Shown piece after piece: positions 1 to 10,819 of a DNA stretch of 64,000 bases. A program made the translations under genes and the position numbers. Under the pieces are notes generated by a model. That model saw only the letters and a list, made by a program, of their open reading frames with translations. It searched no databases and was not told the DNA's origin. This DNA comes from Nitrospirales bacterium. GTDB lineage: Bacteria > Nitrospirota > Nitrospiria > Nitrospirales > UBA8639. Every line of letters starts with the position of its first letter. Position 1 is the stretch's first letter. The stretch spans positions 1,248,001 through 1,312,000 of the forward strand of contig OY729426.1 of NCBI GenBank assembly GCA_963422365.1, in the 5' to 3' direction.

Positions 1-694
1 CGGAGAAGTAGGAGAGCAGGTCAACGGCTATCTTGGTCTGCTGATCTTAGGGTTCGTGCTGTCCGGCCTGATCCTCTGGTGGCACCAGCGCAGGACCTTT
101 CGGCTATGATTGGCCCTGCCCCGGAGGATGTCGTCGGCTCATCTCATTCGGGCGCACTCCGCCATCGGGATCATCTTCGCAGCAGGGATTTTCTTGTTTG
201 TGTTCACCGGCGTGACCATGGTTTTTTATCGCCCCTTTATGACCACCATCACCGCCATTCTCGATTCGACTCTGCCCATGGTGCCTGCGGCGAGGGTCGA
301 ACCAACGGATCAGCCTGTCCAGCCGTGGACTGCGATCCTGGAAACAGTGGCGACGATGTTTCTGGACGGCAAGCTGGTCTATTATATTCCACCCCGTCAG
401 GACAACGCGGTCATGACTTTTCGAAAACGGATGCCCGGCGAATGGCACCCGAACGGCCGCTCGTTTATCCTGCTCCACCCCTATACAGGAGAAGTGCTCC
501 AAACCATCGATGCCCGACAGCAACGGCTCGGCATGCGTCTCATGGAAAAAGACTACCCCTTGCATGCCTCCAAAGTGGGCGGAACGCCCTATACCCTGGT
601 AGCACTCGGCACCGCTGGTGCCTTGATAGCGCTTGGGGTGTTCGGATGCCTGAGTTATTTCTTGAAGATCGTGCCTCATAGAAGAAAACATTGA
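1..694 (+). pseudogene. PepSY-associated TM helix domain protein, 5'-truncated by the window, with an in-frame TGA at 107-109
   Basis: The frame from nt 2 reads GEVGEQVNGYLGLLILGFVLSGLILWWHQRRTFRL*LALPRR..AHSAIG..LHPYTGEVL..YPLH. SGLILWW, H..IG and PYTGEVL are typical PepSY-TM motifs, and the same frame continues on both sides of the stop. Confidence 0.7.
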
Positions 695-959
695 GCCCCT
701 GCAGCTCGTCCGGATTGCCGGCCGCTTTCTGCTTGTGTACCTTGACCAGATGGAGACCTTTGGATAATGTCACGACGATCGTAGCAAGGAATAGCTAAGA
801 GCTATGTCGTAGCTGGCAGATCGGATGAGCCTCTAGGAGGTATCCGACCTTCTCTATTCGTCCCACTCTCTCAGGACTACCCTGGCTCCGGGCTTCCCCA
901 TATCTGGCCACTCCCCCGGTGCGGGGACTACCCGTCTTTCGCCGGATTGTCATCAGATT

Positions 960-989
960 GTCGGATGACGCTTCGCTCATCCGACCTAC
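960..989 (-). repeat. GTAG-type REP hairpin (GTAGGTCGGATGAGCGAAGCGTCATCCGAC), with a degenerate partner at ~819-850
   Basis: 5' GTAG followed by an imperfect GC-rich palindrome in the intergenic region. Confidence 0.65.
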
Positions 990-1109
990 GGGACATCGAG
1001 GAGTATTAAAGGTTTCCGAACTTATGCTCGACCGCTTTCCTCAATTGACTCAAAATTTGAGCCCTTGCTATCGTAACTCGGCTCGCGACCGTCTGGGAAG
1101 GAGGACACT

Positions 1110-1964
1110 GTGCACGCCAAGATCATTGATGGTAAGCGCTTAGCGCAGGACATTCGTGATGATATCGGCCGAGAGGTCAAGGCGTTTGAAGCGCAAACCG
1201 GCGTTTGTCCTGGTTTGGCGGTGGTGTTGGTCGGCGAGGATCCGGCCTCGGCGGTCTATGTTCGAAATAAAAAGAAGGCGTGTGATAGTGCCGGCCTGTA
1301 TGTGGCTGACCATCAGTTGTCCGCGAATACAAGCCAAGCCGAGTTATCAACCCTCATTCATCAGTTGAATGCAGATCCCAAGGTTCATGGGATTTTGGTA
1401 CAGCTTCCCTTGCCGGCGCATATTGAGAGCCAAGTCATTCTCAATGCCCTATCTCCCGACAAAGATGCTGATGGCTTTCATCCGTACAATATCGGCCGGT
1501 TGGTCGAGGGGGAACCGGTGTTTGTTCCGTGTACTCCCCAAGGGGTGATCCGCATGATTGAATCGACCGGCGAAACGCTTGCGGGGAAGCGGGCGGTCGT
1601 GGTCGGGCGGAGTCACATCGTGGGAAAGCCTGTTGCCATGTTACTCATGCATCAACATGCCACCGTGACGATTTGTCATTCACGGACAAAGGATTTGCCT
1701 GCCGTCTGCCGGGAAGCCGATATTCTTGTGGCTGCGATTGGCAAAGCCCAATTCATCAAAGGCGATATGGTGAAAGACGGGGCCATCGTGATTGACGTGG
1801 GAATTAATCGACTCGATGACGGCAGATTGGTCGGCGATGTGGATTTTGAGCAGGTGCGTGAACGCGCCGGCTGGATTTCCCCTGTCCCGGGAGGTGTCGG
1901 TCCGATGACCATTGCGATGTTATTAGCGAACACATTGGAGGGGGCTAGGCGAGCCGCGACATAG
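1110..1964 (+). CDS. folD: Bifunctional methylenetetrahydrofolate dehydrogenase/cyclohydrolase
   Basis: KIIDGK, YVRNK, GILVQLPLP, KDADG, PCTP and PVPGGVGPMT motifs; GGAGG RBS before GTG. Confidence 0.97.
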   Translation: MHAKIIDGKRLAQDIRDDIGREVKAFEAQTGVCPGLAVVLVGEDPASAVYVRNKKKACDSAGLYVADHQLSANTSQAELSTLIHQLNADPKVHGILVQLPLPAHIESQVILNALSPDKDADGFHPYNIGRLVEGEPVFVPCTPQGVIRMIESTGETLAGKRAVVVGRSHIVGKPVAMLLMHQHATVTICHSRTKDLPAVCREADILVAAIGKAQFIKGDMVKDGAIVIDVGINRLDDGRLVGDVDFEQVRERAGWISPVPGGVGPMTIAMLLANTLEGARRAAT

Positions 1965-1986
1965 TGGGAGCGACCTGAACACTGCT

Positions 1987-2877
1987 ATGCCTGCGCACCG
2001 AGCCACTCTCCACGATTCGTTAGCCCAAGGTCAGTTCACCGTGACCGTAGAGTTGAACCCCCCCAAGGGGACTGATGTGTCGGAGTTACTTGAGACTGCC
2101 AAGTCGTTAAGTGGTCGAGTTCATGGGATCAATGTGCCCGATAATACCGCCGCGGTGATGCGGGCGAGTTCGGTGGCCATCGCCCACCTTCTCTATCAAC
2201 AGGGGCATGACCCCGTGCTCCAACTCACATGCCGTGATCGAAACCGAATTGGCCTTCAATCGGATCTCTTGGGAGCCCACATTCTCGGTCTTCGTAATGT
2301 GCTCTGTCTGACCGGCGATAGTCCGAGCGTCGGCGATCATAAGGATGCGAAGCCGGTGTTCGATCTGGATACCGTTCAAGTCATGCATGCGGTGAGGGAA
2401 CTCAATCAAGGACGAGATTTATCCGGCAACGCATTAGAGGGGCATACCGCATTTTTTATCGGCGGTGCGGCGGCCCCGGGCACCGAATCGGTCGATCTCT
2501 TGCATGAAAAATTTGAGGCTAAAGTCAAAGCCGGCGCACAATTTTTTCAGACGCAAGCCATTTTTTCGGCGAAGCCTTTTCAGGCTTTCATGGAAGAGGT
2601 GAATCCCTATTCCCGTAAAATCTTAGCCGGGGTCCTGGTGCTCCGATCGGTCAAAATGGCAGAATATGTCAACGCGCATGTGTCGGGTATTCACGTTCCC
2701 GAAGAGATTCTGCAAGAACTTCGGAACGCTGGGGAAGCCCATGCATCCGAAGCCGGGATTGAAATTGCGGTGCGAACCATTCGAGCCATTCGTCCCTACT
2801 GTCATGGGGTGCACATTATGGCCGGCCGGTTGGCGAATCGACTTCCCGAGATTATCAGAAAGGCAGAGTTGAGATGA
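1987..2877 (+). CDS. metF: Methylenetetrahydrofolate reductase
   Basis: ELNPPKG, LTCRDRN, LCLTGD and KVKAGAQFFQTQ motifs. Confidence 0.92.
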   Translation: MPAHRATLHDSLAQGQFTVTVELNPPKGTDVSELLETAKSLSGRVHGINVPDNTAAVMRASSVAIAHLLYQQGHDPVLQLTCRDRNRIGLQSDLLGAHILGLRNVLCLTGDSPSVGDHKDAKPVFDLDTVQVMHAVRELNQGRDLSGNALEGHTAFFIGGAAAPGTESVDLLHEKFEAKVKAGAQFFQTQAIFSAKPFQAFMEEVNPYSRKILAGVLVLRSVKMAEYVNAHVSGIHVPEEILQELRNAGEAHASEAGIEIAVRTIRAIRPYCHGVHIMAGRLANRLPEIIRKAELR

Positions 2878-3662
2878 TGACGGTTCCAGAGTTTCAAGGC
2901 CACAAGGGGAAGAAAAAATTGGTGGTTGTGACGGCCTACGATGCGTTGTTCACTCGCATGATTGAACAAGCTGGAATCGACGTCATTCTGGTCGGGGATT
3001 CGCTGGGCGTCGTGATCCAAGGGAAAACGGACACGTTGTCGGTCACCATGGAAGATATGGTGTATCACACTCGGCTTGTGGCTCAAAGCCGGCAACAGGC
3101 ATTGGTCATCGCCGATATGCCGTTTATGAGTTATCAGGTCAGTGGGGAACAGGCCATGCACAATGCGGGTCGCTTGATCCAAGCAGGAGCCACGGCTGTG
3201 AAATTAGAAGGGGGCGACGCCATGGTGGATCGGGTTCGGGCCTTAACTAGGGTGGGCATTCCGGTTATGGGCCATATCGGCATGACGCCGCAATTCGTGA
3301 ACCGCTTTGGCGGCTACAAAGTTCAAGGAAGAGAAGAAGCCCAAGCCGAAACGTTGGTAACCGATGCCAAGGCGTTGGAAACAGCCGGGGCGTTTGCATT
3401 GGTCTTGGAGGCGATACCTTCGACCTTGGCGCAATCCATGACTCAAGTGGTCTCAGTCCCCACCATTGGAATCGGGGCGGGGCCCCACTGTGATGGACAG
3501 GTGTTGGTCCTGTATGACCTTCTTGGCTTGTTTGATGAATTTGTTCCCAAATTTGTCAAACCCTATGCCCACCTCAAAGCCGATGCCCTTCAAGCCTTAC
3601 GGCGTTTCAAGGAAGAGGTGGAATGTCAGAAGTTTCCCACTGATCGGGAAAGCTATCATTAA
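2874..3662 (+). CDS. panB: 3-methyl-2-oxobutanoate hydroxymethyltransferase
   Basis: TAYD, ILVGDSLG, DMPFMSY, VKLEGG and GHIGMTPQ motifs. Confidence 0.97.
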   Translation: MMTVPEFQGHKGKKKLVVVTAYDALFTRMIEQAGIDVILVGDSLGVVIQGKTDTLSVTMEDMVYHTRLVAQSRQQALVIADMPFMSYQVSGEQAMHNAGRLIQAGATAVKLEGGDAMVDRVRALTRVGIPVMGHIGMTPQFVNRFGGYKVQGREEAQAETLVTDAKALETAGAFALVLEAIPSTLAQSMTQVVSVPTIGIGAGPHCDGQVLVLYDLLGLFDEFVPKFVKPYAHLKADALQALRRFKEEVECQKFPTDRESYH

Positions 3663-3714
3663 CCAGTTTTCGGTATCGAAGTTCAGAAACCGTAGGTACT
3701 CCCAACCAGGAGGA

Positions 3715-3766
3715 GTAGAGCCTCATCTCATGCGGCCTAACAAGGCGTGACGAGATCGACTGCTAC
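3715..3766. repeat. Degenerate inverted REP doublet (GTAGAGCCTCATCTCATGCGGCC ... CTGCTAC)
   Basis: Matches the GTAGGGCCGCATCTCATGCGGCC family found elsewhere in the window. Confidence 0.55.
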
Positions 3767-3872
3767 ACAGAGGGGGAACTGGCGGGAGAAGACCAGTCCC
3801 ATCCTCCGATCAGGGATGGAATGACAAGGAACAGGAATCCGAGTGCCAAAGGTGGTGGACTCATACAGTCTA

Positions 3873-3901
3873 TTGACAAATAGTGAGGGGGAGCCTAGGA
3901 T
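3873..3901 (+). promoter_or_regulatory. sigma70-like promoter for purA
   Basis: TTGACA-17 nt-TAGGAT. Confidence 0.55.
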
Positions 3902-3974
3902 CGGTGGGTGGGCTCTGGCGTCAGTTGGCCGGGGCCTTTTTTGTGACTGTTTTCTGGAAAAGCCTGGTTGGCAC

Positions 3975-5303
3975 ATGGGAAATTTAGTGGTCATTGGGTC
4001 CCAGTGGGGGGATGAGGGCAAGGGAAAAATCGTTGATATTCTGGCCCAAGATGCGGATATCATCGTGCGTTTCCAGGGTGGCTCTAATGCCGGGCATACG
4101 GTCGTCACGAGAAAAGGCACGTTTGTTTTCCACTTAATTCCCTCTGGAATCTTGTCACGGGGGAAACGGTGTATTTTGGGAAACGGGGTGGTCATCGACC
4201 CGGGGGCTTTGATCGGAGAGCTGGACCAATTGGCTTCCCAAGGTATTAAAGTGGGTCAAAATCTGGCCATTAGTCAGCGCGCCCATCTGATCATGCCGTA
4301 TCATAAAGCGATCGACAAAGCCCTGGAAAAAGCGAAGGGCGCTCGTCGGATTGGGACAACCGGCAAAGGGATCGGACCGGCCTATGTGGACAAAATGGCG
4401 CGTATTGGGATTCGCGTGGGAGACCTGCTCGATCCTGAAGGGTTTCGGGAAAAAATAGAAAATAATTTAGTCGAAATCAACAGTTTTCTTCGGCACGTCT
4501 ACGGCGTCCGAGGGTTTCATGCCGATCGTATCTGTGAAGAATACCTTGCCTATGCCCAACGCCTGTCTTCTTTCATGACTGATGATTCTCTGCTCATCCA
4601 CAAGGCCATAGAAAGTGGACGTCGCGTACTCTTTGAAGGGGCCCAGGGGACGCACCTTGACGTGGATCTGGGGACGTATCCCTTTGTGACATCATCCAAT
4701 GCATGTGCTGGTGGCGCCTGCACGGGGGTTGGGGTGGGGCCGACAAGAATCGACGCGGTGCTGGGCGTCACCAAAGCCTATACCACGCGTGTGGGCAGCG
4801 GGCCGTTTCCCACGGAGTTATCCGATGATGTCGGCAGTAGTTTGCAAGAACGTGGGCAGGAATTTGGCGCCACCACTGGCAGAGCACGTCGGTGTGGATG
4901 GTTGGATGCGATGATTTTGCGCTATGCGGTCCGGGTAAATGGCTGCACCTCTTTGGCGGTGACGAAACTGGATGTGCTGGATGGGTCGCCGGAACTCAAG
5001 ATCGCGGTAGGGTATCGCCATCAGGGAAACCTGTATCGAGAGATGCCCGCCGATCCACGTATCCTCACGAATTGTGACCCCGTCTATGAAATGCTCCCCG
5101 GGTGGGCGGGGACGACCACCGGGGCGACGTCCTATAAAGCCTTGCCGGTCGAGGCCAAGCGATATTTGAGGCGCATTGAAGACCTGACTTCGTGTCCGAT
5201 CGATATCGTGTCGACGGGGTCTCATCGAGAACATACGATTATGCTGAAGAACCCCATGACGCAGACGCGCCCTCGTGTTAAACTCTCCAAAGTCAGTGCT
5301 TGA
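3975..5303 (+). CDS. purA: Adenylosuccinate synthetase
   Basis: QWGDEGKGK, GGSNAGHT, EGAQG and GATTGRARRCGW motifs; start placed at MGNLVVIG. Confidence 0.97.
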   Translation: MGNLVVIGSQWGDEGKGKIVDILAQDADIIVRFQGGSNAGHTVVTRKGTFVFHLIPSGILSRGKRCILGNGVVIDPGALIGELDQLASQGIKVGQNLAISQRAHLIMPYHKAIDKALEKAKGARRIGTTGKGIGPAYVDKMARIGIRVGDLLDPEGFREKIENNLVEINSFLRHVYGVRGFHADRICEEYLAYAQRLSSFMTDDSLLIHKAIESGRRVLFEGAQGTHLDVDLGTYPFVTSSNACAGGACTGVGVGPTRIDAVLGVTKAYTTRVGSGPFPTELSDDVGSSLQERGQEFGATTGRARRCGWLDAMILRYAVRVNGCTSLAVTKLDVLDGSPELKIAVGYRHQGNLYREMPADPRILTNCDPVYEMLPGWAGTTTGATSYKALPVEAKRYLRRIEDLTSCPIDIVSTGSHREHTIMLKNPMTQTRPRVKLSKVSA

Positions 5304-5343
5304 TTATTCTTGAACCACGTTCGTACCGTTGGAGATCAGTCGT

Positions 5344-5372
5344 TTGACAACCATTGGACTGGTTGTTAGCAT
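5344..5372 (+). promoter_or_regulatory. sigma70-like promoter for tRNA-Lys
   Basis: TTGACA-17 nt-TAGCAT just upstream of the tRNA. Confidence 0.6.
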
Positions 5373-5383
5373 CCGATTCGGGT

Positions 5384-5459
5384 GAGCCGCTAGCTCAGTT
5401 GGTAGAGCATCGCCCTTTTAAGGCGAGGGTCCTCGGTTCGAGCCCGAGGCGGCTCACCA
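5384..5459 (+). tRNA. tRNA-Lys(UUU)
   Basis: Acceptor stem GAGCCGC/GCGGCTC, D-arm AGCTCAGTTGGTAGAGC, anticodon loop CTTTTAA, T-loop GGTTCGAG, 3' CCA; 76 nt. Confidence 0.96.
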
Positions 5460-5633
5460 ATTATCAATAAAGTGACGAGCCCCCTACTCGTGTCCGATGA
5501 ACCGCCATAGGACAAAAGTACGTTCACGTCCTTCAGGGGCTGGACGAGCATAGGCTGAAGGAAAGCCCTCGTTCCTGACGGAAGGGTAAATGGCTTGCCT
5601 TGGGCAATGGAGAAATGATAAAGTTCCGACAGT

Positions 5634-5660
5634 AAAGTGGGCTTTCGCCCACTTTTTTTT
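5634..5660 (+). promoter_or_regulatory. rimP leader hairpin (terminator-like attenuator)
   Basis: AAAGTGGGC-TTTC-GCCCACTTT plus a poly-T run directly upstream of rimP-nusA-infB, the typical rimP-leader motif. Confidence 0.8.
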
Positions 5661-5717
5661 GCGTTGTTGTTCCCCCAGAGCTTATTCCAAAGGGCCAGAG
5701 GGCGTGGAATTGCGGAC

Positions 5718-6191
5718 ATGAACAGGCTGGGGAGCCAAGTCCATCACATCGCCGAGCCGATTGCCAAGGCCCTCCACCTTGAAATTGTCGAAGTCGAGTG
5801 TCACGGCAAGGGTGCTAGAACAATCGTGCGGGTGATTGTCGAGAAAGAGGGAGGTGTTGGGATTAAGGATTGTGAACAGTTTCACCATTCGCTGGCTCGA
5901 GCGCTTGATGTGGCTGACCCTATCCCCCACGCCTATCGTCTTGAGGTGTCTTCCCCTGGACTCGATCGTCCGTTGAAGCAGCGAAAGGACTATGACCAAG
6001 CGGTTGGACAAAACATTCGGGTCAAAGTCCATGACCCTATTCATGCGCATGGGACGTTTATCGGTCAGTTAGCTGAGGTCAATGACCAAGGTATTACCCT
6101 TCAGGTGCCGGTTCGAAAATCGCGAACATCTCGACAGGTGGCCCTTCTGTGGGAGGCTATCGCCCAAGCCAGACGCGAAATTGAATGGTAA
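5718..6191 (+). CDS. rimP: Ribosome maturation factor RimP
   Basis: YRLEVSSPGLDRPL motif; position upstream of nusA. Confidence 0.95.
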   Translation: MNRLGSQVHHIAEPIAKALHLEIVEVECHGKGARTIVRVIVEKEGGVGIKDCEQFHHSLARALDVADPIPHAYRLEVSSPGLDRPLKQRKDYDQAVGQNIRVKVHDPIHAHGTFIGQLAEVNDQGITLQVPVRKSRTSRQVALLWEAIAQARREIEW

Positions 6192-6254
6192 CGGAAAGAG
6201 GGTGACTTGGTCGGGTAAGCGCCGACTGAGTGGGGAGCAAGAAGAGGAGTGGTT

Positions 6255-7469
6255 ATGAAACGTGAACTGATGGCAGTCATTGAGCAAGTGGGGCGTGAAA
6301 AAGGCATTGATAAACATCGGGTGCTTGCGGCCGTGGAATCCGCGTTGCTGACCGCGGCGAAGAAACGGTATGGAAACAATGAAAATATTCAGGTCCAAAT
6401 CGACCATGACACAGGCGAAATTTTGGTCGTATCCTTAAAAACCATTGCGGAGCAAATTACCGATGTCAAGGCTCAGATTTCCTTAGACGAGGCACGGACG
6501 ATTGATGGAGAGGCTGAATTGGGAGATGAGATCGGGTCGTTCATCGACGTCGAGGAATTCGGAAGGATTGCGGCGCAGGCCGCGAAACAAGTGATCTGCC
6601 AAAAAGTTCGGGAAGCCACATGGGAGGCGGTCGAACGAGAATATTCGAAGCGAGAGGGAGAATTGGTTCACGGAATAATATTAGGACAGGAACGCCGGCA
6701 CTGTCTGGTGGAAATTGGAAAGACCGAAGCCTTATTGCCTGTTCATGAACAAATTCCCCGAGAGGTCCATCGGCGAGGCGACCGTGTTCGAGCGTTGCTG
6801 TTGGAAGTGCGCCGAAGTCCTAAGGATGTTCAGGTGATCCTGTCCCGAGCGCATCCGCAGTTTGTGGTCAAACTCTTTCAATTAGAGGTCCCGGAAGTCA
6901 CGGAAAAAATTTTGGAGATTAAAGGGGTGGTGCGTGAACCCGGGGATCGGACCAAGATCGCGGTGTCCTCCAAGGATAAAGCCGTTGATCCGGTTGGAGC
7001 CTGTGTCGGGATTAAGGGATCCCGTGTCCAGGCAATTGTGCGGGAACTCAAAGGGGAAAAGATTGATATCATCCCGTGGACGACAGATCCGCGAGTGTTT
7101 ATTGGCGAAGCGTTGAATCCGGCCTCCATTGAGAAAGTGGGCATCGATGAGGAGAAAAAGGCTGCACTGGTAGTGGTGGCGGACTCTCAATTGTCGTTGG
7201 CCATTGGCAAAAACGGTCAAAACGTACGCCTTGCCGCCAAATTAACCGGGTGGAAAATTGATATCATTAGCGTAAGTGAATATGAAAAAGAAAAACTCGA
7301 TCGAGAACGAGAAATAAAAGCCGCATTAGCTGAAGAAACCGCCGCGCAACTTGAACAAGAGGCTGGAACAGAGGGACTGCCGTCGGAACCTGAGCGTGAA
7401 GGGGAGAGCGGTGAAGCGCTCGAGTTGACATCCGAAGAGACCGTTGAATCCCTAGAGGCTTCCTCGTAA
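6255..7469 (+). CDS. nusA: Transcription elongation factor NusA
   Basis: FGRIAAQAAKQ, REPGDRTKIAV, DPVGACVG and LAIGKNGQNVRLA motifs. Confidence 0.97.
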   Translation: MKRELMAVIEQVGREKGIDKHRVLAAVESALLTAAKKRYGNNENIQVQIDHDTGEILVVSLKTIAEQITDVKAQISLDEARTIDGEAELGDEIGSFIDVEEFGRIAAQAAKQVICQKVREATWEAVEREYSKREGELVHGIILGQERRHCLVEIGKTEALLPVHEQIPREVHRRGDRVRALLLEVRRSPKDVQVILSRAHPQFVVKLFQLEVPEVTEKILEIKGVVREPGDRTKIAVSSKDKAVDPVGACVGIKGSRVQAIVRELKGEKIDIIPWTTDPRVFIGEALNPASIEKVGIDEEKKAALVVVADSQLSLAIGKNGQNVRLAAKLTGWKIDIISVSEYEKEKLDREREIKAALAEETAAQLEQEAGTEGLPSEPEREGESGEALELTSEETVESLEASS

Positions 7470-7481
7470 ATCTTGTGAATC

Positions 7482-10034
7482 ATGATGAGAGTCTATGAAT
7501 TAGCTAAGAAATTGGGCAAGGAAAATCGGGTCCTTATTGCCGAGCTGAGCAGAATGGGCATTGAGGTCTCCTCCCATAGCAGTGCCTTAAGTGAGAAGGA
7601 TATGCAGAAAGCCTTGAAAGCGTTTTCGGGGGAAGCGAGTGGGGAGACGGTGACGCAGAAGGTGGCTGGTTCGACCAAAACCGCCAAGAAAGCCCCCTCA
7701 CGGCCTTCAAGAGGACATGGCCAGGCCCTCGCGCGCGAAAAGGAAAAGGCTGCAGAAGAAGAAGTTCGCAAACCTGAAAAGAAACACATTTTAATCAAAC
7801 GGCGAAAAGAAGAAGTCGTACTTCCTCCTGAGCCAGACCTCTTGATGCAAGAGGGGCCTCTGGGAGATGGCAGCCGTCCATCTCTCCCTAAGAGCGAAAC
7901 GCCAGAATCGGGGTTTGTGGAATACGAGCCCCCAGAAGTGGCGGCTATGGCGCAGGCTGTAACTGCCGAACCAACGACCCCTGGCGTCTTGCCTTCAATC
8001 GAAGAAAAGGCTCCTCTCGTTGTGGCCTCTGAGCAGGGCACGACTCATCCTGAAAAAGACAAAGCGGTTGATGAGCAAGAAAAAGCCAAAGAAAATGAGA
8101 AACCGAAAAAAACTCGGAAAGCTGGAAAACCTCGAGATGCAGACCTCTTTGCTGAAATCTATGAAGACGCTGCTCGATGGCAAGATCTTCGTCCTCTTCC
8201 AACCTTGAGACGTGAAGAACGATCTCGGCATATCCCTTCTTCCACGTCTACCGAAATCACGAAACCGAGGAAAAAGACCGTCAAACTGTCATCCGGCATT
8301 ACGGTGAAAGAATTTGCGGAACACCTAGGCCTCCGTGCAGCGGAAGTGATTCGTCAGTTAATGGAAATGGGGGTAGGCCTCACGTTGAATCAACCCATGG
8401 TTCTGGATGCTGGTACGCTGATTGCTGAAAAGGTAGGGATTCAAGTTGAGATTCAGACGGAGAAAGAAGGTGAAGCGCTCTTAGAAGCAATCTTTGAGCC
8501 TGCGGCCGAGCCGAAATTCTTGCCTCGGGCTCCGGTTGTCACCATTATGGGGCATGTGGATCATGGGAAAACATCTTTGCTTGACGCGATTCGTCAGACC
8601 AGTGTGACTGAACAAGAAGCGGGAGGAATCACTCAACATATCGGAGCCTACTCCATTCAGGTTGGTGAGAAAAGTGTGACGTTTCTTGATACCCCCGGTC
8701 ATGAAGCGTTTACGGCCATGAGGGCACGCGGGGCACAAGTGACCGATATTGTGGTCTTGGTGGTCGCTGCAGATGATGGCGTCATGCCGCAAACCGTCGA
8801 GGCTGCCAATCATGCGCAGGCTGCCAATGTCCCCATCCTGGTGGCCATCAACAAAGTCGATAAACCAGGAGCCAATCCTGATCGGGTCAAGCAGGGGCTG
8901 TCGGAATATGGCCTCGTTCCTGAAGCCTGGGGCGGACAAACCATTTACGTGGAAGTGTCAGCCAAAGAAAAGCAAGGCTTGGAGACCTTATTGGAGATGT
9001 TATTGCTTCAAGCCGAGGTCATGGAGTTGAACACGGATGTGACCCGAACCACGAAGGGTGTCGTATTGGAAGCCCGATTGGATCGAGGCCGTGGTCCTGT
9101 CGCAACCGTGTTGGTCCAAAGTGGGATGTTGAAAGTCGGAGCCACGTATGTGATGGGCGCGATCAGTGGTCGTGTGCGAGCGATGGTGTCTTATGATGGA
9201 AAAAAAGTCCTTGAAGCCGGGCCCTCCACCCCCGTCGAGGTGATAGGATTATGGGGGTTGCCGGCTGCAGGTGATCAATTAGTCGTCGTCAAAGATGAGC
9301 GGGTAGCCAGAGAGATCGCCGAGTCTCGACAACAAACACTCCGTACGGCGGAGCTTGGTACCGGACCAAGCCGGCTCACGTTGGATGCGCTGTTTGCTCA
9401 AGGCCAAGAGTTGGACAAAAAAGAATTGGCGGTATTGATTAAAGCGGATGCCCAAGGGTCGGTCGGTGCCTTGTGCGAATCCATCGCAAAAATTTCCTCT
9501 GAGACTGTCGAGGTGCAGATTATTCATCGTGGCGTTGGGGGTATCACCGAATCCGACGTGTTGTTAGCGTCTGCGTCGAAGGCGCTTGTGATTGGATTTC
9601 ACATTCGTCCAGATCCCAAATCGGCGGCGCTTGCTGAACGTGAGGGCGTTGAAATTCGACTCCATACAATTATTTATCATGCGATCGCCGACGTCAAAGC
9701 GGCTGCTGAAGGGTTGCTGGAGCCTATCCTTACGGAGCGTGTGTTGGGACGCGCGGAGGTTCGACAGGTCTTTACGATCCCGAAAATTGGCGCCATTGCG
9801 GGCTCCTATGTCACGGATGGGCATATCGTCCGTGCGAGTGGGGGTATTCGCTTGCTACGGGATAGCGTGATCGTCTATGAAGGGAAACTGGGTTCGTTGC
9901 GACGCTTTAGAGATGATGTCCGAGAAGTGCAGCAGGGGTATGAGTGTGGGATCGCCATTGAAAACTTCAATGATATTAAAGTCGGCGATGTTATTGAAGC
10001 GTACGTTTTTGATAAAGAGCCAGCCAAACTGTAA
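7482..10034 (+). CDS. infB: Translation initiation factor IF-2
   Basis: RVYELAK N-terminus; [13 protein letters not shown] and NKVD GTPase motifs; GYECGI. Confidence 0.98.
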   Translation: MMRVYELAKKLGKENRVLIAELSRMGIEVSSHSSALSEKDMQKALKAFSGEASGETVTQKVAGSTKTAKKAPSRPSRGHGQALAREKEKAAEEEVRKPEKKHILIKRRKEEVVLPPEPDLLMQEGPLGDGSRPSLPKSETPESGFVEYEPPEVAAMAQAVTAEPTTPGVLPSIEEKAPLVVASEQGTTHPEKDKAVDEQEKAKENEKPKKTRKAGKPRDADLFAEIYEDAARWQDLRPLPTLRREERSRHIPSSTSTEITKPRKKTVKLSSGITVKEFAEHLGLRAAEVIRQLMEMGVGLTLNQPMVLDAGTLIAEKVGIQVEIQTEKEGEALLEAIFEPAAEPKFLPRAPVVTIMGHVDHGKTSLLDAIRQTSVTEQEAGGITQHIGAYSIQVGEKSVTFLDTPGHEAFTAMRARGAQVTDIVVLVVAADDGVMPQTVEAANHAQAANVPILVAINKVDKPGANPDRVKQGLSEYGLVPEAWGGQTIYVEVSAKEKQGLETLLEMLLLQAEVMELNTDVTRTTKGVVLEARLDRGRGPVATVLVQSGMLKVGATYVMGAISGRVRAMVSYDGKKVLEAGPSTPVEVIGLWGLPAAGDQLVVVKDERVAREIAESRQQTLRTAELGTGPSRLTLDALFAQGQELDKKELAVLIKADAQGSVGALCESIAKISSETVEVQIIHRGVGGITESDVLLASASKALVIGFHIRPDPKSAALAEREGVEIRLHTIIYHAIADVKAAAEGLLEPILTERVLGRAEVRQVFTIPKIGAIAGSYVTDGHIVRASGGIRLLRDSVIVYEGKLGSLRRFRDDVREVQQGYECGIAIENFNDIKVGDVIEAYVFDKEPAKL

Positions 10035-10101
10035 TCCTGTGTTGACCGGTCGTGGCGTGGTTGCAATGAGTCGTAGGTGTTGAGTGCCTTGCTGAGAACC
10101 C

Positions 10102-10383
10102 ATGGTCGTTGGGGTCTGTCGGATAGAATTGCATGTGCCCGAAGGGCATTCGCTGAAATCGAAACGGCAAATTCTGTCGAGCCTCAAAACGCGTCTCTGC
10201 CAGACATTCAGGGTGTCAGTGGCTGAGCTTGAAGATCATGATCTCTGGCAGCGATCCGTGTTGGGCATTGCCTGTATTGCGAATGAATCGGGTCACGTGA
10301 ATCGGGTGCTTGATCAATCGCTCAATATGATTCGGGCCACACCCACTTTGGAGTTATTCAATTTTCGAATAGAACTGTTGTAG
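10102..10383 (+). CDS. DUF503 (YlxP-like) protein
   Basis: MVVGVC..HSLKSKR..VSVAE..DLWQR; conserved position between infB and rbfA. Confidence 0.88.
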   Translation: MVVGVCRIELHVPEGHSLKSKRQILSSLKTRLCQTFRVSVAELEDHDLWQRSVLGIACIANESGHVNRVLDQSLNMIRATPTLELFNFRIELL

Positions 10384-10384
10384 G

Positions 10385-10819
10385 GTGGGAAGAAGCGTGA
10401 GTGTCGTGTCGAAGCCGACGTATAAACGATCGGTCAGGGTGGCTGATCAAATCAGAATGGAGGTCGCGGATATTCTTGCCAGAAAATGCAAGGATCCCCG
10501 GCTTCGGCTCGTGACGGTCACTGATGTTGAGATGAGTCATGATCTGCATGTCGCCCGCGTCTATGTTTCCTTGTTTGGGAACCGGGTTGATGAGGAAGAC
10601 ATCGGAAAGATTCTTAAAAATGCGACGGGGTTTGTGCGTTTGGAATTAGGTCGGCGCTTGGATTTGCGGTATACACCGGAGGTGGCATTCTGGTTCGACT
10701 CGAGTGGCTCGCGAGCAGACAAGATTGACCGGATTCTTGATGACGTGCTCCCCGTTGGCGATGAGTCTGGACGCGAGGGGGGGTGCAGGGGCGAATCCGG
10801 AGATGAGGGAAAGGCATGA
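10385..10819 (+). CDS. rbfA: Ribosome-binding factor A
   Basis: KDPRL..VTVTDVEMSHDL..ARVY, LRYTPE. Confidence 0.95.
   Translation: MGRSVSVVSKPTYKRSVRVADQIRMEVADILARKCKDPRLRLVTVTDVEMSHDLHVARVYVSLFGNRVDEEDIGKILKNATGFVRLELGRRLDLRYTPEVAFWFDSSGSRADKIDRILDDVLPVGDESGREGGCRGESGDEGKA

Noticed and set aside
107..109. In-frame TGA as selenocysteine or recoded Trp
   Set aside because: It is not in a redox motif, and many core genes here end in TGA, so the standard code applies; a nonsense mutation is simpler.
1084..1100. CGACCGTCTGGG upstream of folD resembles the 3' element of a ZTP (pfl) riboswitch
   Set aside because: No matching 5' aptamer (GACTG(G/A)CG..GTGG) upstream, and a likely promoter (TTGACT..TATCGT) leaves no room for one.
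5384..5630. Prophage/island integration at tRNA-Lys or tRNA-Pro
   Set aside because: No integrase and no duplicated tRNA 3' end seen in the window.
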